A stretch of DNA of 64,000 nt from Octopus vulgaris (Eukaryota): positions 2,790,001-2,854,000 of the forward strand of contig OX597825.1 of NCBI GenBank assembly GCA_951406725.2, given 5' to 3'. Below the pieces are notes generated by a model that saw nothing but the letters and a program-made list of their open reading frames with translations, had not been told where the DNA came from and did no database searches. Both the position numbers and the translations under genes were made by a program. Positions 40,443-53,891 of this stretch are shown here, piece by piece. How positions within the stretch are numbered: the first letter of the stretch is position 1; every line of letters starts with the position of its first letter.

Positions 40443-40584
40443 ATTCTTTTCTACTCTAGACACAAGGCCCGAAATTTTGGGGGAGGAGGGCAGTCGATTA
40501 GATTGACCTTAGTACGCAACTGGTACTTAATTTATCGACCCGAAAGGATGAAAGGCAAATTCAAAATCAGAATGTAAAGACAGA
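40443..40584 (-). mobile_element. SINE family A fragment with an alternative 3' tail
   Basis: Reverse complement TTTGCCTTTCATCCTTTCGGGTCGATAAATTAAGTACCAGTT matches the family A body. Tail is CCCCCAAAATTTCGGGCCTTGTGTCTAGAGTAGAAAAGAAT. Confidence 0.8.
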
Positions 40585-41284
40585 GTTACAGTTGGAGCAA
40601 CAATTTCGAAACATTCTAAACTGCACTTTAGTTACTCCGTAAATTTACCAGGAGTCTAACAGAGAAAGCAAGCGTATACGTGTGTGCGTATTTAGGTAAA
40701 TGCACTTGCGTGTGAGAAAGAGCGCGTTCGCGGGCGTATGTTTTTACCACGAGAGGGATTTTAAAAAAAACTATGATAATGAATGCATGAATCAACCTCT
40801 GCCACTATCAACACCACACTAACTGTCTTTTACTTCTCTCACCTACAAATATATATGCGCATATATATATAAATAATTGGCAACATATATGTGTGCGTAT
40901 GTATGAGCGCATTCAAACACACACACATGTACGCACACATACACATACATAATTTGGAATGATTTACATCTAAACACAAATATTATTGTCTGTTGATTAG
41001 TTTCAATTAGGAAAACTGGCAAAATACTGATCTGCTTTCCTGTAATTTGTTATCAACACTTTTGATTTACCGCCAAACGTAACTATTCAGTTCTTGTTTC
41101 ACTCCAAGAGAAAAGTAAATAATTAATAATGGTAAATGTAGAAAAACTTTAAAAAAATGGAGATTGAAACAATGAATTAGATTTAATGATGAAACGCGTT
41201 TAGTGTTTACTTTCGTAAATTCAAATATATACAATTGCTGCTCGTATAAATACACAAACATGCGGGTCGTGTGTATATTTATAT

Positions 41285-41420
41285 TTCTGTGTGTCTCATT
41301 CTGACTGTAGTTGTTCTCTGTAACCTAGCGGTTCAGCATAAGTAAGCAATAGAATGAAAACCGGGCAAAAATATTTGAAGGTAGCCTTCCATTTCTTCTG
41401 TATCGGATCTGCTTCGATAA
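41285..41420 (+). mobile_element. Degenerate 3' half of SINE family B
   Basis: GTAACCTAGCGGTTCAGCATAAG..CAATAGAAT matches the reverse complement of 11884-11918. Confidence 0.45.
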
Positions 41421-41471
41421 CATTATTCTACAAAGAGAATTATTTCAAAAATTTGCTAACGTCTTGTGTCG

Positions 41472-41543
<72 letters not shown>

Positions 41544-42650
41544 TATATATATAATCAAAATAAGCAACAAGGATATTCAGAGGTAATGCAGTTCGATCGT
41601 TTCATGCGACTCCGTTTAATTGTACAATGCAAATATTACATCAGTTTTAAAATGTAGAGCAATCGTTAGCTGCATAAAAATATAGAATTTAATTAAATTC
41701 AAAGGATTCATTTGTATAGTTATAGTATTCCATCTGACAGCCATTTAGAAGGTATTCCTTCCAGGCTATGGTCTTGCATAATTCCATTCGAAAAGTAGAT
41801 TATTTTTACACATTACCTCTGATATTTAATATTTCTTATAATCGAAAATTGCCTCAACGAAATTAATTTATTTGCATAGATAACATTGTATAGAGTAAAA
41901 TAGAAGCGGAGATGGGATGTATTACAACATTTATTTTGTAAACATGTGTGCTCGTTTCCATAGAAACTCATACATTTACTCTTTCGAATATCAGTGTGCA
42001 CATGATGACACACACACTCATATATTTATACACACGTTTGTGCGTGCGTTTTTGTTTTTATGTATGTGCGTCCTCGTGTATGTGAGTATATTTCTGTCAT
42101 GGGAGTGGGTCTGATAGTAAAATTGCAGTACGCCATTTTCTTTTCATCCTATGAAATGTGTAAGCCTGTTAATAATCGTGAAGATTGTAATTATGATCAT
42201 GGTGTAATCTGTTTGCACTGAAATTGTTCAATAAATAATTTTCACATTTAAGCTTGTGAAAATCTCGGAGAGATCTTTTCATTTAACAGGAAATCAACAT
42301 CCGATGGAAACCGAAAGCATAAAGAAAAGGTACATCCTGGTTCCCTTGTATTTTCTCATTCATTAATATTATTCTCTTTAATGACTTATTATTTTCTTCA
42401 CTAGAAATCAACAACCTTGAATATATAAGTTGTATTCCTCTCAAAATATAATGTACATCCTTTCATAAGATCTGGAAACAAGTAATGAAAAAAAGTCAAA
42501 ATAGAAATTTTCCTGAACAAAGAAATATTCATATTGACATATAATCATGTTAATTATAATTTCTTCAGAGATCTCTGACTTTCTCCCTCTTCTCTCTCTA
42601 TCTGTCCATGCCTGCCTATCTGCCTGTCTGTCTCTGTCTCTGCCTGCCTG

Positions 42651-42685
<35 letters not shown>

Positions 42686-42739
42686 TTTACTCTTCCTCAC
42701 AATTTAATTTGTATATCAAAGTGCATTACTGAGGAAATA

Positions 42740-43860
42740 TGTTCCCTAAACGTCGATAAATGCTGCGAAATTAAACTAGAAAAAAGGACAAATGTACAGG
42801 GTAACTGTTCTTTTTTTCAGTAATCTCCGTCATATTCAAGCGTCTGGCCGTATCTTTATTTTACCAGAGGCTACATCAGTGCATAAATGTTCTCATTCCT
42901 GGTGTCGAAAACAACATTTGAGAGGAGATAATATTTTGATGGAGAGTGCACTTCAGTTATGGATTCAAAATTGAAATGGGAAGCAGAGCTTGCTTCTGTC
43001 AAAGTGGTGAACATTCATTCAATGACGTCATCTTTTCAGTGATACTTCTACTTGCAAAATCAAAAATGTGTTAAATGCATCAAACGTTTATAGAGATTGA
43101 AAAACATCTTCATTAACACAATTACAAATCCATATTTTCCTGCTCGTTACAATATTTTTGTCATATTCTTTTCCTAAAGGGGACTGGTGTCTGTTGGAAT
43201 TTTATACATAAAAACAAATTTGTTTTCTACAATGATCGCAATTGCTTCACTTCTACGTAAACTTTCTAAGCACAGTTTCAAGCTGGCCATTACGATGCAG
43301 CGCCATATTATGTCTGCTACAGATGAAAATTCAAGTGACCTTTTCTCATATCGTAAACATGTTAAGCAAAAGAGCACCTAAGTGACAAAACTGATTGTAA
43401 ATTTCAAGTTATCTATTCTAGCATTCCTTTATATAATTAATCATTATCCTCCACTTTAAGATATTTTAGAAGAATCACATTATTATGCGACATATATTGA
43501 TTGGCCTGACGGCTGCCATCGAGTTTCTAGTGAAGCATTCATTTCTGGATTGGAATGTTTGTCTGGAATAAAAAACATTTTATAAGTTCAATTAATTGCA
43601 GATCGAAATATTTCTTAACCAGACTAATTATTGACCATCATTAAAGTATATCCTTTCCAATTGTTATTATTGCAAAGATCAACAACAATAATTTGCGTCA
43701 TCAATTTTTGATTGTACTTTATTGTTAACAACATCACATTCAGCCAAAACAACATCTGCAGTTGATTGCGTTACTAAATTTATCCAAGATCAATCTTATT
43801 TCAAAAGGAAGGCTGGGAACCAAAAGAGTCATATTTAATTTTAGCAAGACGCAAAATGCT
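42740..43860 (-). pseudogene. Possible highly decayed piggyBac-type transposase
   Basis: Ordered weak motifs on the minus strand: VPSLPFEI, WKGYTLMMVNN (cf. G..v.tDN), MKMFFNL / AFNTFLIL (cf. W..K.FF.L....N..I), KRTVTLYICPF (Cys-rich tail). Many stops; no TTAA termini verified. Confidence 0.3.
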
Positions 43861-44825
43861 TTAAAATGAAATCAATTCAAATTGTATTATTTTGCAGATG
43901 AGTGTACATTTATATTGAAATACAAGAGTATATGAAATGATATACATTCATCGAAAGGCATAACATTTTCATTTTGAATTCCATTTATTCATAGAAAATT
44001 TGTTAATCAAAATTTCTGTTATTTCCTTTACAGATAAATGAGAGAATTGTTGGGGAAGCGCAAATCATTTTCTGAAATATTCGCACATTTAACAATGGAT
44101 TGATAGAAACATCATCAAAAACATCAAACTGTAACATAATGCCATCTTTTTCAGCAGCATTTGATTTTCGTAATATCGGGAAAATAATGTTTTGGTTATT
44201 TTTGAATTTTCACTCAATTTTCCTAGATTCTGCAAAGTATTTTCAAAACAAATAGTTTCAAAGAATGTAAAATTCACCTTATTTAAAATATAAAAAATAT
44301 GACGCTGAAGTTGAAAAGTAGCAAGCAAACGATTCTTATACTTAACAAATCAAAATGTGGTTAAATGTGTAGAAATCTGGAAGATAAACTAACAAGCACG
44401 AAAGGCGGATGCAAGCAATGAAAATTAAAACGACAATAATGGTAATAGAAGAAAATCTATCGATTCAAGGTACGCCGAAAAGAACATCTTAGATTGGAGT
44501 ATAGAAAAGGAGGAAAAGTAAAAGAGAAAAGAGCAAAATGAGCTTTAGAAATTCTGAAGTGGGATTCCATGTAATGTAAATATCAAACCTACAGTTTTCA
44601 GAAGAAAAACGGTGTTTCTAGATGGAACATATCTCAACATATTGGGCAGTCAAGAAGATTTTCTTTTTATTTAAATGTCTCACCTTCTTTACAATAATAT
44701 GGGAGACAACATCAAAGTGAAATTTTATTAAGAAAGTTATTATTAGATATGAAAAAGGGTTTGTCATGACACGTTCTTCATAGTTGTTTCTAATAATCTC
44801 GTCAAAACACACTATTATGATACAT

Positions 44826-45037
44826 ACAAGATCACTCAGAGCACAAACCACCGCCAAGTCAAGACCAATGACTTGTCAACCATTAGTCGGAGTTGATTTC
44901 AAAAATAAGGATATCTGAAATAAATGCGACTGCACTCAGAAACGAGAATACTAAAAATGATCCCGACAGCTCTCAAAAGTGAAAAAAGAATCGGAAAAAT
45001 AATCCTTAGTCCTTGTCCGGTACCTGATCGATTCCAA
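44826..45037 (+). mobile_element. HINE/DINE-1-like non-autonomous element, 5' part
   Basis: Starts ACAAGATCACTCAGAGCACAAACCACCGCCAAG; its last ~40 bp are similar to 45673-45712. Family assignment is from recollection. Confidence 0.45.
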
Positions 45038-45672
45038 TGGTCGTCATGGATTGTGAAGGTGGGTATGCGAGCCGTGTTTCTAATGCTGCGTGTGTGTGTC
45101 GTCTGCAAGGAGACAAAGACCATTTTTCTCTATGAATCCCTTTTTTAGTCTATCCACTGATATAGCGTCTTTACGATCATCAGGGCCTATAGTGAATAAT
45201 GTTTCCGTGCATGAAAGAAAACAGAAAGGAACTGTATACAGTGTTGTTAACAGAGAGGTTCAACAACATCGATTCGCACAAAAGCGTGAGCCAAGGAAGT
45301 AAAACTTCCTTCAATGCAAAGCTATGAATGCAATTGCCGAGTAGGTAAGATGTTTTCAACTGAAGCGATGTATTCAAAATTGGTAAAAATAAAAATTGTC
45401 GAGGATCAATCAAGTTTATTATTGTTACTGAATCCGTTAGTGTTATTTAATTTCTGGACGGTTTTGAGGCCGTTTGTTTAGGTAGTTTCATTTATTTATC
45501 CATCAGTTTCTACTAAGATAGAGACGCATGTAAGATTAATAATATCAAACCGAAAATGAAACGTTGGTAACAGCAACGCCGCCATAATTCACGTGGAAAA
45601 CAAGGGAGACAATCAGAGAAAGACCTGAAAGCTAACATAAAATCTAAATAGTTCACGTAAAGTAAATATAAT

Positions 45673-45850
45673 AAATAATCTAGAATCCTTGTCGGTAGCG
45701 GATCAATTACAAACTATAATTATTTCGTGCCAGTTATGAGGCCAAACATCCCTGGAAGATTCATCCGAATCCATCCAGCGGTTCTTGAGATATCTTGTCC
45801 ACGTCAAAGAAACAAACAAATACTACTAAAACTGATATTTCATTACTTCC
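45673..45850 (+). mobile_element. HINE/Helitron-like non-autonomous element, 3' part
   Basis: TTCATCCGAATCCATCCAGCGGTTCTTGAGATATCTTG followed by (AAAC)n is typical of the 3' core plus microsatellite of such elements. Confidence 0.5.
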
Positions 45851-46672
45851 CTGATGTTCCGCGTCTGCACGACAGATATATACGATCATTCCTAATAATT
45901 TGTTATTACCCCTCTACTCTGATGAATTATTATTACTCTTTACCAGTCCTTCTATCTCTCCTTCTGACTCTCTCTCCCTTAACTTACATATCCAGAAAAC
46001 ATTTTTGCGTACGAGCATAAACGTTCCTGTTATTATGCCGCCTACGGCCTAGAGATTCCATGTACAAAGAGCTGTATCGGTATGACACAAGATAAGTATA
46101 AGAAAGGTAAAGATGTCCGAGGATTTTGAAAATTGTATTGAAACCCTCACAGGAATGCACATTATCATCATGGAAAATATGAGATATGTGGAAACGCGCA
46201 TAGCGATACATTAAGGATATTTGTATATTGATTGGCTTATTAACATTACTATACATGCATACATACATATGTAGGTACATATTTATGTCTTTTGCTTATA
46301 TGCTTATATTGCGAATTGCTTGGAATGGAACACCGGGGAAGCTTGGAATGGAACACCGAGCATCAAAGGGGACTTGCAGGACAAAGTCAGGTCGAGATCT
46401 CACGTCTTGCATTCACCAAGTAGAATAGAAACCAATATTTCGGCATTATTGTGGCTTATGTATTTAAATAATCTCGAACCGGAGTGATTCGCTATAGTAA
46501 AACATAAGGAAATAGATGAAAACGCATATTCTTATGTCCTACGCAGTAGCATTCAAGAAGTAAAGTAAATCACGAATGGAAAGCAGCTGTAGTAATGCCG
46601 ACTTTATTGCTCGCACATACATGTATATATACTTAAAGAAAGATTCATGTATATGCATGGTATAATGTGTGA

Positions 46673-46674
<2 letters not shown>

Positions 46675-46711
<37 letters not shown>

Positions 46712-46743
46712 AAATATATATATTATATAGATATATAGATATA

Positions 46744-46774
<31 letters not shown>

Positions 46775-46827
46775 GTAGATATATTATATATATATATATA
46801 TATATAATATTATATATATATATGTGT

Positions 46828-46874
<47 letters not shown>

Positions 46875-46936
46875 TATATATATATATGTATTTTATATAT
46901 ATATATATATATATACATATTATATATACATATATA

Positions 46937-46987
<51 letters not shown>
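46675..46987. repeat. Long imperfect (TA)n tract
   Basis: Read directly. Confidence 0.95.
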
Positions 46988-47281
46988 CACGCACATATGC
47001 ATAACATGTTAATTTTCTCTGTGCTCCTGGACGATATTCTACATAAATGTGTGTATTTGCTTATATCTAAATATTTACGTTAAGTGCGCATGTGTGTGTG
47101 TGCTACCGTAATCGTTTTATTTTCTGGGGCAAATCACTGAAATTATAGTCACCCAATATATTTAGTTGAACGTAAGGTACCAATCGGGTAAGGGCTCAGT
47201 TCTCACTGATGCAGCATTAAGTTCCAACGCTAATGTTTCTTTGAATACCATTAACCTACAAGTGGGTGACACAGTAACTGA

Positions 47282-48060
47282 GTTGCTGCTGCCGCTATTA
47301 CCAATACTACTGCTACTTCTACTAGTACTACTACTACTGCTGCTGCTGCCGCTGCTGCCGCTGCTGCCGCTGCTTCTGCTGCAGTACTACTACCACTAAC
47401 ACCACCAACACGACCACTGCTGCTGCTACTACTACACCTATTACTACTATTTCTACCCGGAATATTTATTAATGATAACCATCTACGTCGTCGTCGTCGT
47501 CGTCATCATCATCGCCATCGTCATCAGTAGGTCAGCGCAGCATTATCATCAGATACGCCATTAATCATATATGAATTGTTATTGTTATCAATATCATCAT
47601 GAATATCCTACTCCTCCTCCTCCTCTTCATCATCATCATCATCATGAATATTCATATTATATTTTATAATTAAGTTTTCACTTCTTTAACAGTTATTGCG
47701 AATTGTTTGTTGCTATTTTCCCCTTGTTGTTAATGTTGATCGCAACACTTTACACGACGAAAATCCGCCATTGCTTTATAAAATTCTTTAATTATTTATT
47801 TTTGGGGTACGCATGTGTACTTTCCAAAGAATGTTGCGTCCTTGGTGCCAATGCAAGAAGTATTTTTCCTACTTCTTCATCATCATCATTATCATCAACT
47901 TCCTCTTCTTCTTCTTCTTCTTCTTCTTTTTATTTTTCTTCTTTTGTTCTTCTTCTTTCTCTTCTTCTTCTTCTTCTTCTTCTTCTTTTTCTTCTTCTTC
48001 TTCTTCATCTTCTTTCTCTGCTTGTTGCTGTTGTTCTTCGTCTTCTTTTCTTCTTTTCCT
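47282..48060. repeat. Cluster of trinucleotide repeats (CTG/CTA, CGT/CAT, TTC)
   Basis: Read directly; source of the poly-L/S/F ORFs. Confidence 0.9.
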
Positions 48061-49647
48061 TTCACATTTCCTTTTATTTTTCCTTTTTTTTCATCTCCTT
48101 CCTCATTATTAATTATTGGATATTTTTTGCAACCCCCCTCTCCACAGCCCTTCCTCCTTCTAGTGCCCCTCCTTCTCTTCCCCTTACTCTCTATCATCAA
48201 GATCACTACTTCCAGTATTTTTATTAATATAATTACTACTGCAACAATTATTTCCCTTCATCCATTCCTCATTATTAGTATTATTATTATTGTCCTCGGC
48301 TTTTCTAATATTATTATTAATATTTTAAATAAACTATTTTTAGTATTGTATGTAATATTTTTATTATTTCAATTCCGAATCTGGTGAATTTAGGTGGAAA
48401 AAAAATTCATGCATTCAAAAAGAGAAAAAAACCCCCAAAAACAGGAGAATAAAACTAAAATAAAATTAGTAAAAAAAATAAAACAAATATATCTGCAATG
48501 ACAGCAACACCAATAATGGTATGAACAACAAAAGTAGCATCGATACCAGCAGAAAAAAGAGAAAAAAATGAACGTAGCCTTAATTGTAGCGAGAATCATT
48601 AATGTTATCCAACATCATCATAATTCAAAGGATTCAAGTACCTCGTGGTGGTCGTCATCAACGTCGATATTCATCTCCTACAATGACAAGACAAGGATGA
48701 CAACGATGGTAATCATCATCATCATCACCACCACCAACAACAACAACGACACCACCACCACCACCACCATCATCATTATAATCATCATCATGACCATCAG
48801 CGTCGTCGTCGTCATCATTAAACTATAAAGCATCAAATATCTTAAAGAGAAAAGTTGATAGTTAGCTGCGGTGCATAGCAACAATGGCATGGAGAAGAAA
48901 ATTAAAAAGGTAATGTTCACATTAATTAAGGTCTATTTACACCAGGTTGAAGAAAATTACTTCAAAATCAGATTTTCCTAAGCCTTTTAGCATCGACCAA
49001 TCTTTATCGTTCTAACTTCCTCAATCCTACCTGAAGCTGTGTGTCTATACGTGTATAGGATGCGCACATAACACATCAGCAAATGCATGATAATATGTTA
49101 GCATGTTTAAGGTTGGCCTCTATGTTTACAATGATTTCTTTAAAAGAATGGTGTGACGGTATAAGTAAATGTGTGTGTCTATGTGTATGGGTGTACGTGT
49201 GTGCGTGTAGATGTGTGGATCTCTGCGTCAATCTGAGGCAAGCATGTGGATTTTGTTTGTTGGTGTGTGTAAAACTATACGCAGGCATTCCTGTTAACCA
49301 GGCGTCTCGATATATTTATGCATATGTGAACCGTTTTTTTAACAGTTTCTAAGCATTCTTTTTAATTATGCACGCTTCTGTGCATATTTGTGAATGTTGT
49401 GTAACTCTACCTGTAGTCATTCAGATTGAGTAGATTCATAGGTGTGTGTGTGTGTGAGTGTTTTATCTAAAGGAGCGTTTGAATGCGTATACGCGTTCAT
49501 GTTAATCATAGAGGGAGATGTAAATATTCGTGAGTGTGTGTTTAGCTCTAAATGAAGGCAGTGATGTTAATCAAGTATGAATGTGTGCTTATGGTTGCGT
49601 ACATCAAATTGCGGGATGACATTTTTCAAGCATACACATAAACATAA

Positions 49648-50050
49648 GGGCAGGCGTACCACTGTGTTAATAAGTTTGATTTCCAATCGCATTGCAATGA
49701 GTTCGGTCCCACTGCGCTGCATGCTGTGCAAATGATTTCTACTATAAATTCGAACTACTATGAACCATGCCAGTTCATTTGATAGATGGAAACTGAAAGC
49801 AGTCGTATACGCGGGCGTATGTATCTCTATGTATTTGTGTCATTGTGTTTCCCTCCACCTACACCACGGAGCAACGGCTTTCAATTTGTCTGCGACCCCG
49901 CATCGAAACGACTTGGCAAAACAATCATTCACGCTCAGTACTGGAGTAAAGAATAACTACAGGAGACAATCCGTTCGTCTAAATCCTTTCAGGGTTCAGC
50001 CACAACATGGCCGCAGTCAAGTGACAGAAACATATAAACGATAAAAGATA
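49648..50050 (+). mobile_element. Old full-length SINE family B copy
   Basis: GAGTTCGGTCCCACTGCG, GATAGATGGAAACTGAAAG..GTCGTATA and CATGGCCGCAGTCAAGTGAC are collinear with the reverse complement of 11773-12242. Confidence 0.75.
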
Positions 50051-51291
50051 CATATAGAAATGTTTTGCTGAGCAAGTGTCTAACAATGCATATATAACAA
50101 GGTGGAATGAAATCAAAATTCCTACGCATGTATTTGGACGCGAAATGTTTCTGTAAGTGTAAATCGGCGTTTAGGCATTTGCGTGAAACATTTAAAGAAA
50201 CATAAACTCTGCGTTTACGAATGTGTTACTGTGTCGGCCATCATGTCAATACTGCAGGCATTGCTGTGTGTGTTTACTAAAGTACATTTAACTCTATTAC
50301 GCATTCATATTAACCATGGCTTCAATTATATTTATGATAAGCTTGGATGAGTGCGTATAATTAAGATTTCATTAGCCTTGCTAGTAGAATTCCTGAAGCT
50401 TCTGTACGAGATTGTGAGCATAATTCTATGTCTAGGCATCCGTTGTCTTCCTCTCTATAAATATATTTCGCAGAGCTTTGGTTATGAGATTCTCTGCACC
50501 GTCCTCTCCGTAGAAATTGACTATAAGCATGTATTTAACTTTGCCCGTACATGTGTGTGTGTATGTGAGTGTGTGTGTGAATAAGTTTTTCGCAAGTTAC
50601 ATATATAATTTATTTTGGGTAACCTTGTGTGTGGCAATTGACGTAGATATAATTTCTTGTGTATAATAACGTGTGTATAGCGTATATATTGCTGAAATAT
50701 CGTGTGTAATTCGAAATCTATGCGTATGCAGACATCAATGTGTTGATTCAGGGATTTATATAAGCATTAATGTGAATAACTAAGTGTCTAGGAATATAAG
50801 TGTAAATTTTAGATGAAAGTTTCAATGTATATCCATAACTGAATGTGCAATAATTTATGTACATATGAACGTGTAGTTTTGTATTAGTAATTCTGAATGT
50901 GTAACACTATAAACATATGTGTGTGTGAGTGTGTGTGTGTGTGTGTGTGTGAGTAGGAATGTTTAAATAGGTGTCTCCAGTTTTGAATGTGTAACTGTAT
51001 GTGTGCGTAGGTTATGGATTGCTAAGTATATATTTGAAATCACAGGCTTGTAGTTACGTGGAGGAGGATAAAAGTCAGTAGCTTATATGAGTAGAGTTCA
51101 AAGTAAAATGTGTAGATAATGTGTAAGTGGGTGTTTCAATTTTTGGAATATCGAATGGGGTAACGAATCTGTGGCTGCATTCCTATCTGTACACATACAT
51201 ATACACATAATCAAATACACATACATACACACGCACCATGTATATGAATATGTACACATATAAATACATATATATATATATATATATAAAT

Positions 51292-51364
<73 letters not shown>

Positions 51365-51376
51365 CAAACAGACATA

Positions 51377-51496
51377 GATGAGGCAACGTCTGGATGTCCT
51401 GAAATTGCTACCAACGAGGAAAACATTATTACTGTTTACCACATGATGATGGACGGCATGTGATGCACTATAAATCAAACAGCCAGTGCTATTAGA
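51377..51496 (+). pseudogene. Mariner transposase fragment (GRP linker and second HTH)
   Basis: DEATSGCPEIATNEENIITVYHMMMDGM*CTINQTASAIR fits D..RSGRP...T.ENI..V..M...DRR.TI..IA. Confidence 0.7.
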
Positions 51497-51868
51497 TGAA
51501 ATTCGACAGGAAAGAAATGAAAACAAAAGAACCTTTTACCATCTACTTCCCTGGACCAATTGGTTTCTGATTTTAGTTTAGCAAGTAAATAACATTTACC
51601 CGCTAAGTAAAATCGTCCTCAACAGGTACACCTTGGGTTAAATATATAAGCACAAGGCGATCAAACTATGTGCCTCTTGTTTATACATCCTAATGTTTTA
51701 AAAACCGAAATTTATCCCCCAAACTTACAATACTTAATCATATGAAAAGGAAATGGAAATTATTTAAAATTTGTCCTTTCCAGTGGTTTAACGTGTAAAA
51801 TTTTTGTCCAAAGACTGTGTTAGTCATAAAGTACAGTGTACATTTATGTGTTTAAATGTATACTGTAT

Positions 51869-51940
<72 letters not shown>

Positions 51941-52645
51941 ACTTAACTTAACTATATATGTATATATATATCTAAACCTCTCTCTCTCTATATATATATA
52001 TATATACATGCACACATACATATAGGTATATTTATGCGTTTGTGTATATAAATGTGTTGCTTACACACACGTTGCTAATATGAGGGACGTACATTAATAT
52101 GAGTACTATATACGCAGGCGTATAAAAGTGCATAGGTTTAACGTTCAAAGAAAGATCTTTCCAACTATGATTCATCATGTGTGACTATCTACGTACAAAT
52201 CACAAATGTTTGAATAAACGAACATGTGACTGCGGGAATCTTACCTTCTATACATGCATATATACCTGCATGAATTTCCTATGCTCGCGCGCGCGTGCGT
52301 GTGTGTATATATAGATATAGATAGATAGTTATATGCATACATGCACACACATGATACGTATATACATAATACATACATACATACATACATACATACATAC
52401 ATACATACATACATACATACAGGCTTAGATACAAAGAAGATGGGAATGGGTTTGTGCGTATATCAGAGTGATTATTGCTTATGCTTAGGCGTGGGTGTAC
52501 TCAATTTTCTATTTATAGATTTTATTTGACAAGCACACGTCTTGTACTGAAAGACACTCACACACTCACAAACACACACACAAACACATACACACAAATA
52601 CTATGACTCAATTAATAATCCTTAAAATGTTTCCACTTTACACAG

Positions 52646-52713
<68 letters not shown>

Positions 52714-53012
52714 AAAGCCCGCTGTTACAAGCCATCACCCACTCAAGTAAATACACGTTTAACAACCCAGATATGATGGCAAGGTGGTGACGTATGTACA
52801 GGAAAGGAACAAAGGTGTGAGCCGCAGCTCATTAATGTGGGGTTGTTTTCTGCTGATGATCTTCAATTAAGACCCGTTTAGATTGACGTTGCTTACTCCT
52901 TTATTCTGTAGCACTTAACTGTCATAATTTTTATCCGTCCTTATCCATAAATCTATCTGAATATGACTCAATCCCTCTCTGCTTCTCTCTCCACTCTCTC
53001 TTTCCTTATGTA

Positions 53013-53013
53013 C

Positions 53014-53061
<48 letters not shown>

Positions 53062-53111
53062 ATATCTATCTATCTATCTATCTATCTATATGTATGTACA
53101 TAAATATGTAT

Positions 53112-53170
<59 letters not shown>

Positions 53171-53320
53171 TATATGTATGAATATATGGCTAGCTAGCAA
53201 GCTAGATATCTAGATAGATAGATAGACAGATTGATAGACAGACAGATAGATAGATTGATTGATTGATAGATAGATAGATAGGTAGATAGATATATAGATA
53301 TATAGATAGAATGATTGATT

Positions 53321-53380
<60 letters not shown>

Positions 53381-53501
53381 TATAGATAGACAGATTGATA
53401 GACAGACAGATAGATAGATTGATTGATTGATAGATAGATAGATAGATAGGTAGATAGATATATAGATATATAGATAGAATGATTGATTGATTGATAGATA
53501 G

Positions 53502-53532
<31 letters not shown>

Positions 53533-53548
53533 GATAAATAAGTAGATA
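53013..53548. repeat. (TATC)n, then (TA)n(TG)n, then complex (GATA)n array
   Basis: Read directly. Confidence 0.95.
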
Positions 53549-53837
53549 GGCCTGTATATGTTTTCTAGCTAGATAAGTTTACCGTTCTAAATATCTCTTT
53601 TTCGGTCGTTCTCTCGACCATCTCTCTTAGATTAATTTTAATAGCTCTTCTCTTTTCACCCGTTGCTTCCTCTTTTCTCTCTCACGATTTGAAACATCGT
53701 CTCTTATCTTTCTCTGTCTTTTTGCTCCATTAAAATCCTACTCTCATTTCATAAATTCTCTCATCACACACGCAGCTCCTACTACGTCCTTCGCTTCACA
53801 CATAGTTTCACACCTACACACACACGCACGCGCACAC

Positions 53838-53891
<54 letters not shown>

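Noticed and set aside
41588-41645. Hammerhead-like CUGAUG...GAAACGAUC on the minus strand
   Set aside because: The core reads CUGAUGU and stems I and II do not pair.
46318-46358. 18-bp direct repeat GCTTGGAATGGAACACCG with 23-bp period
   Set aside because: Only two copies; ordinary local duplication.
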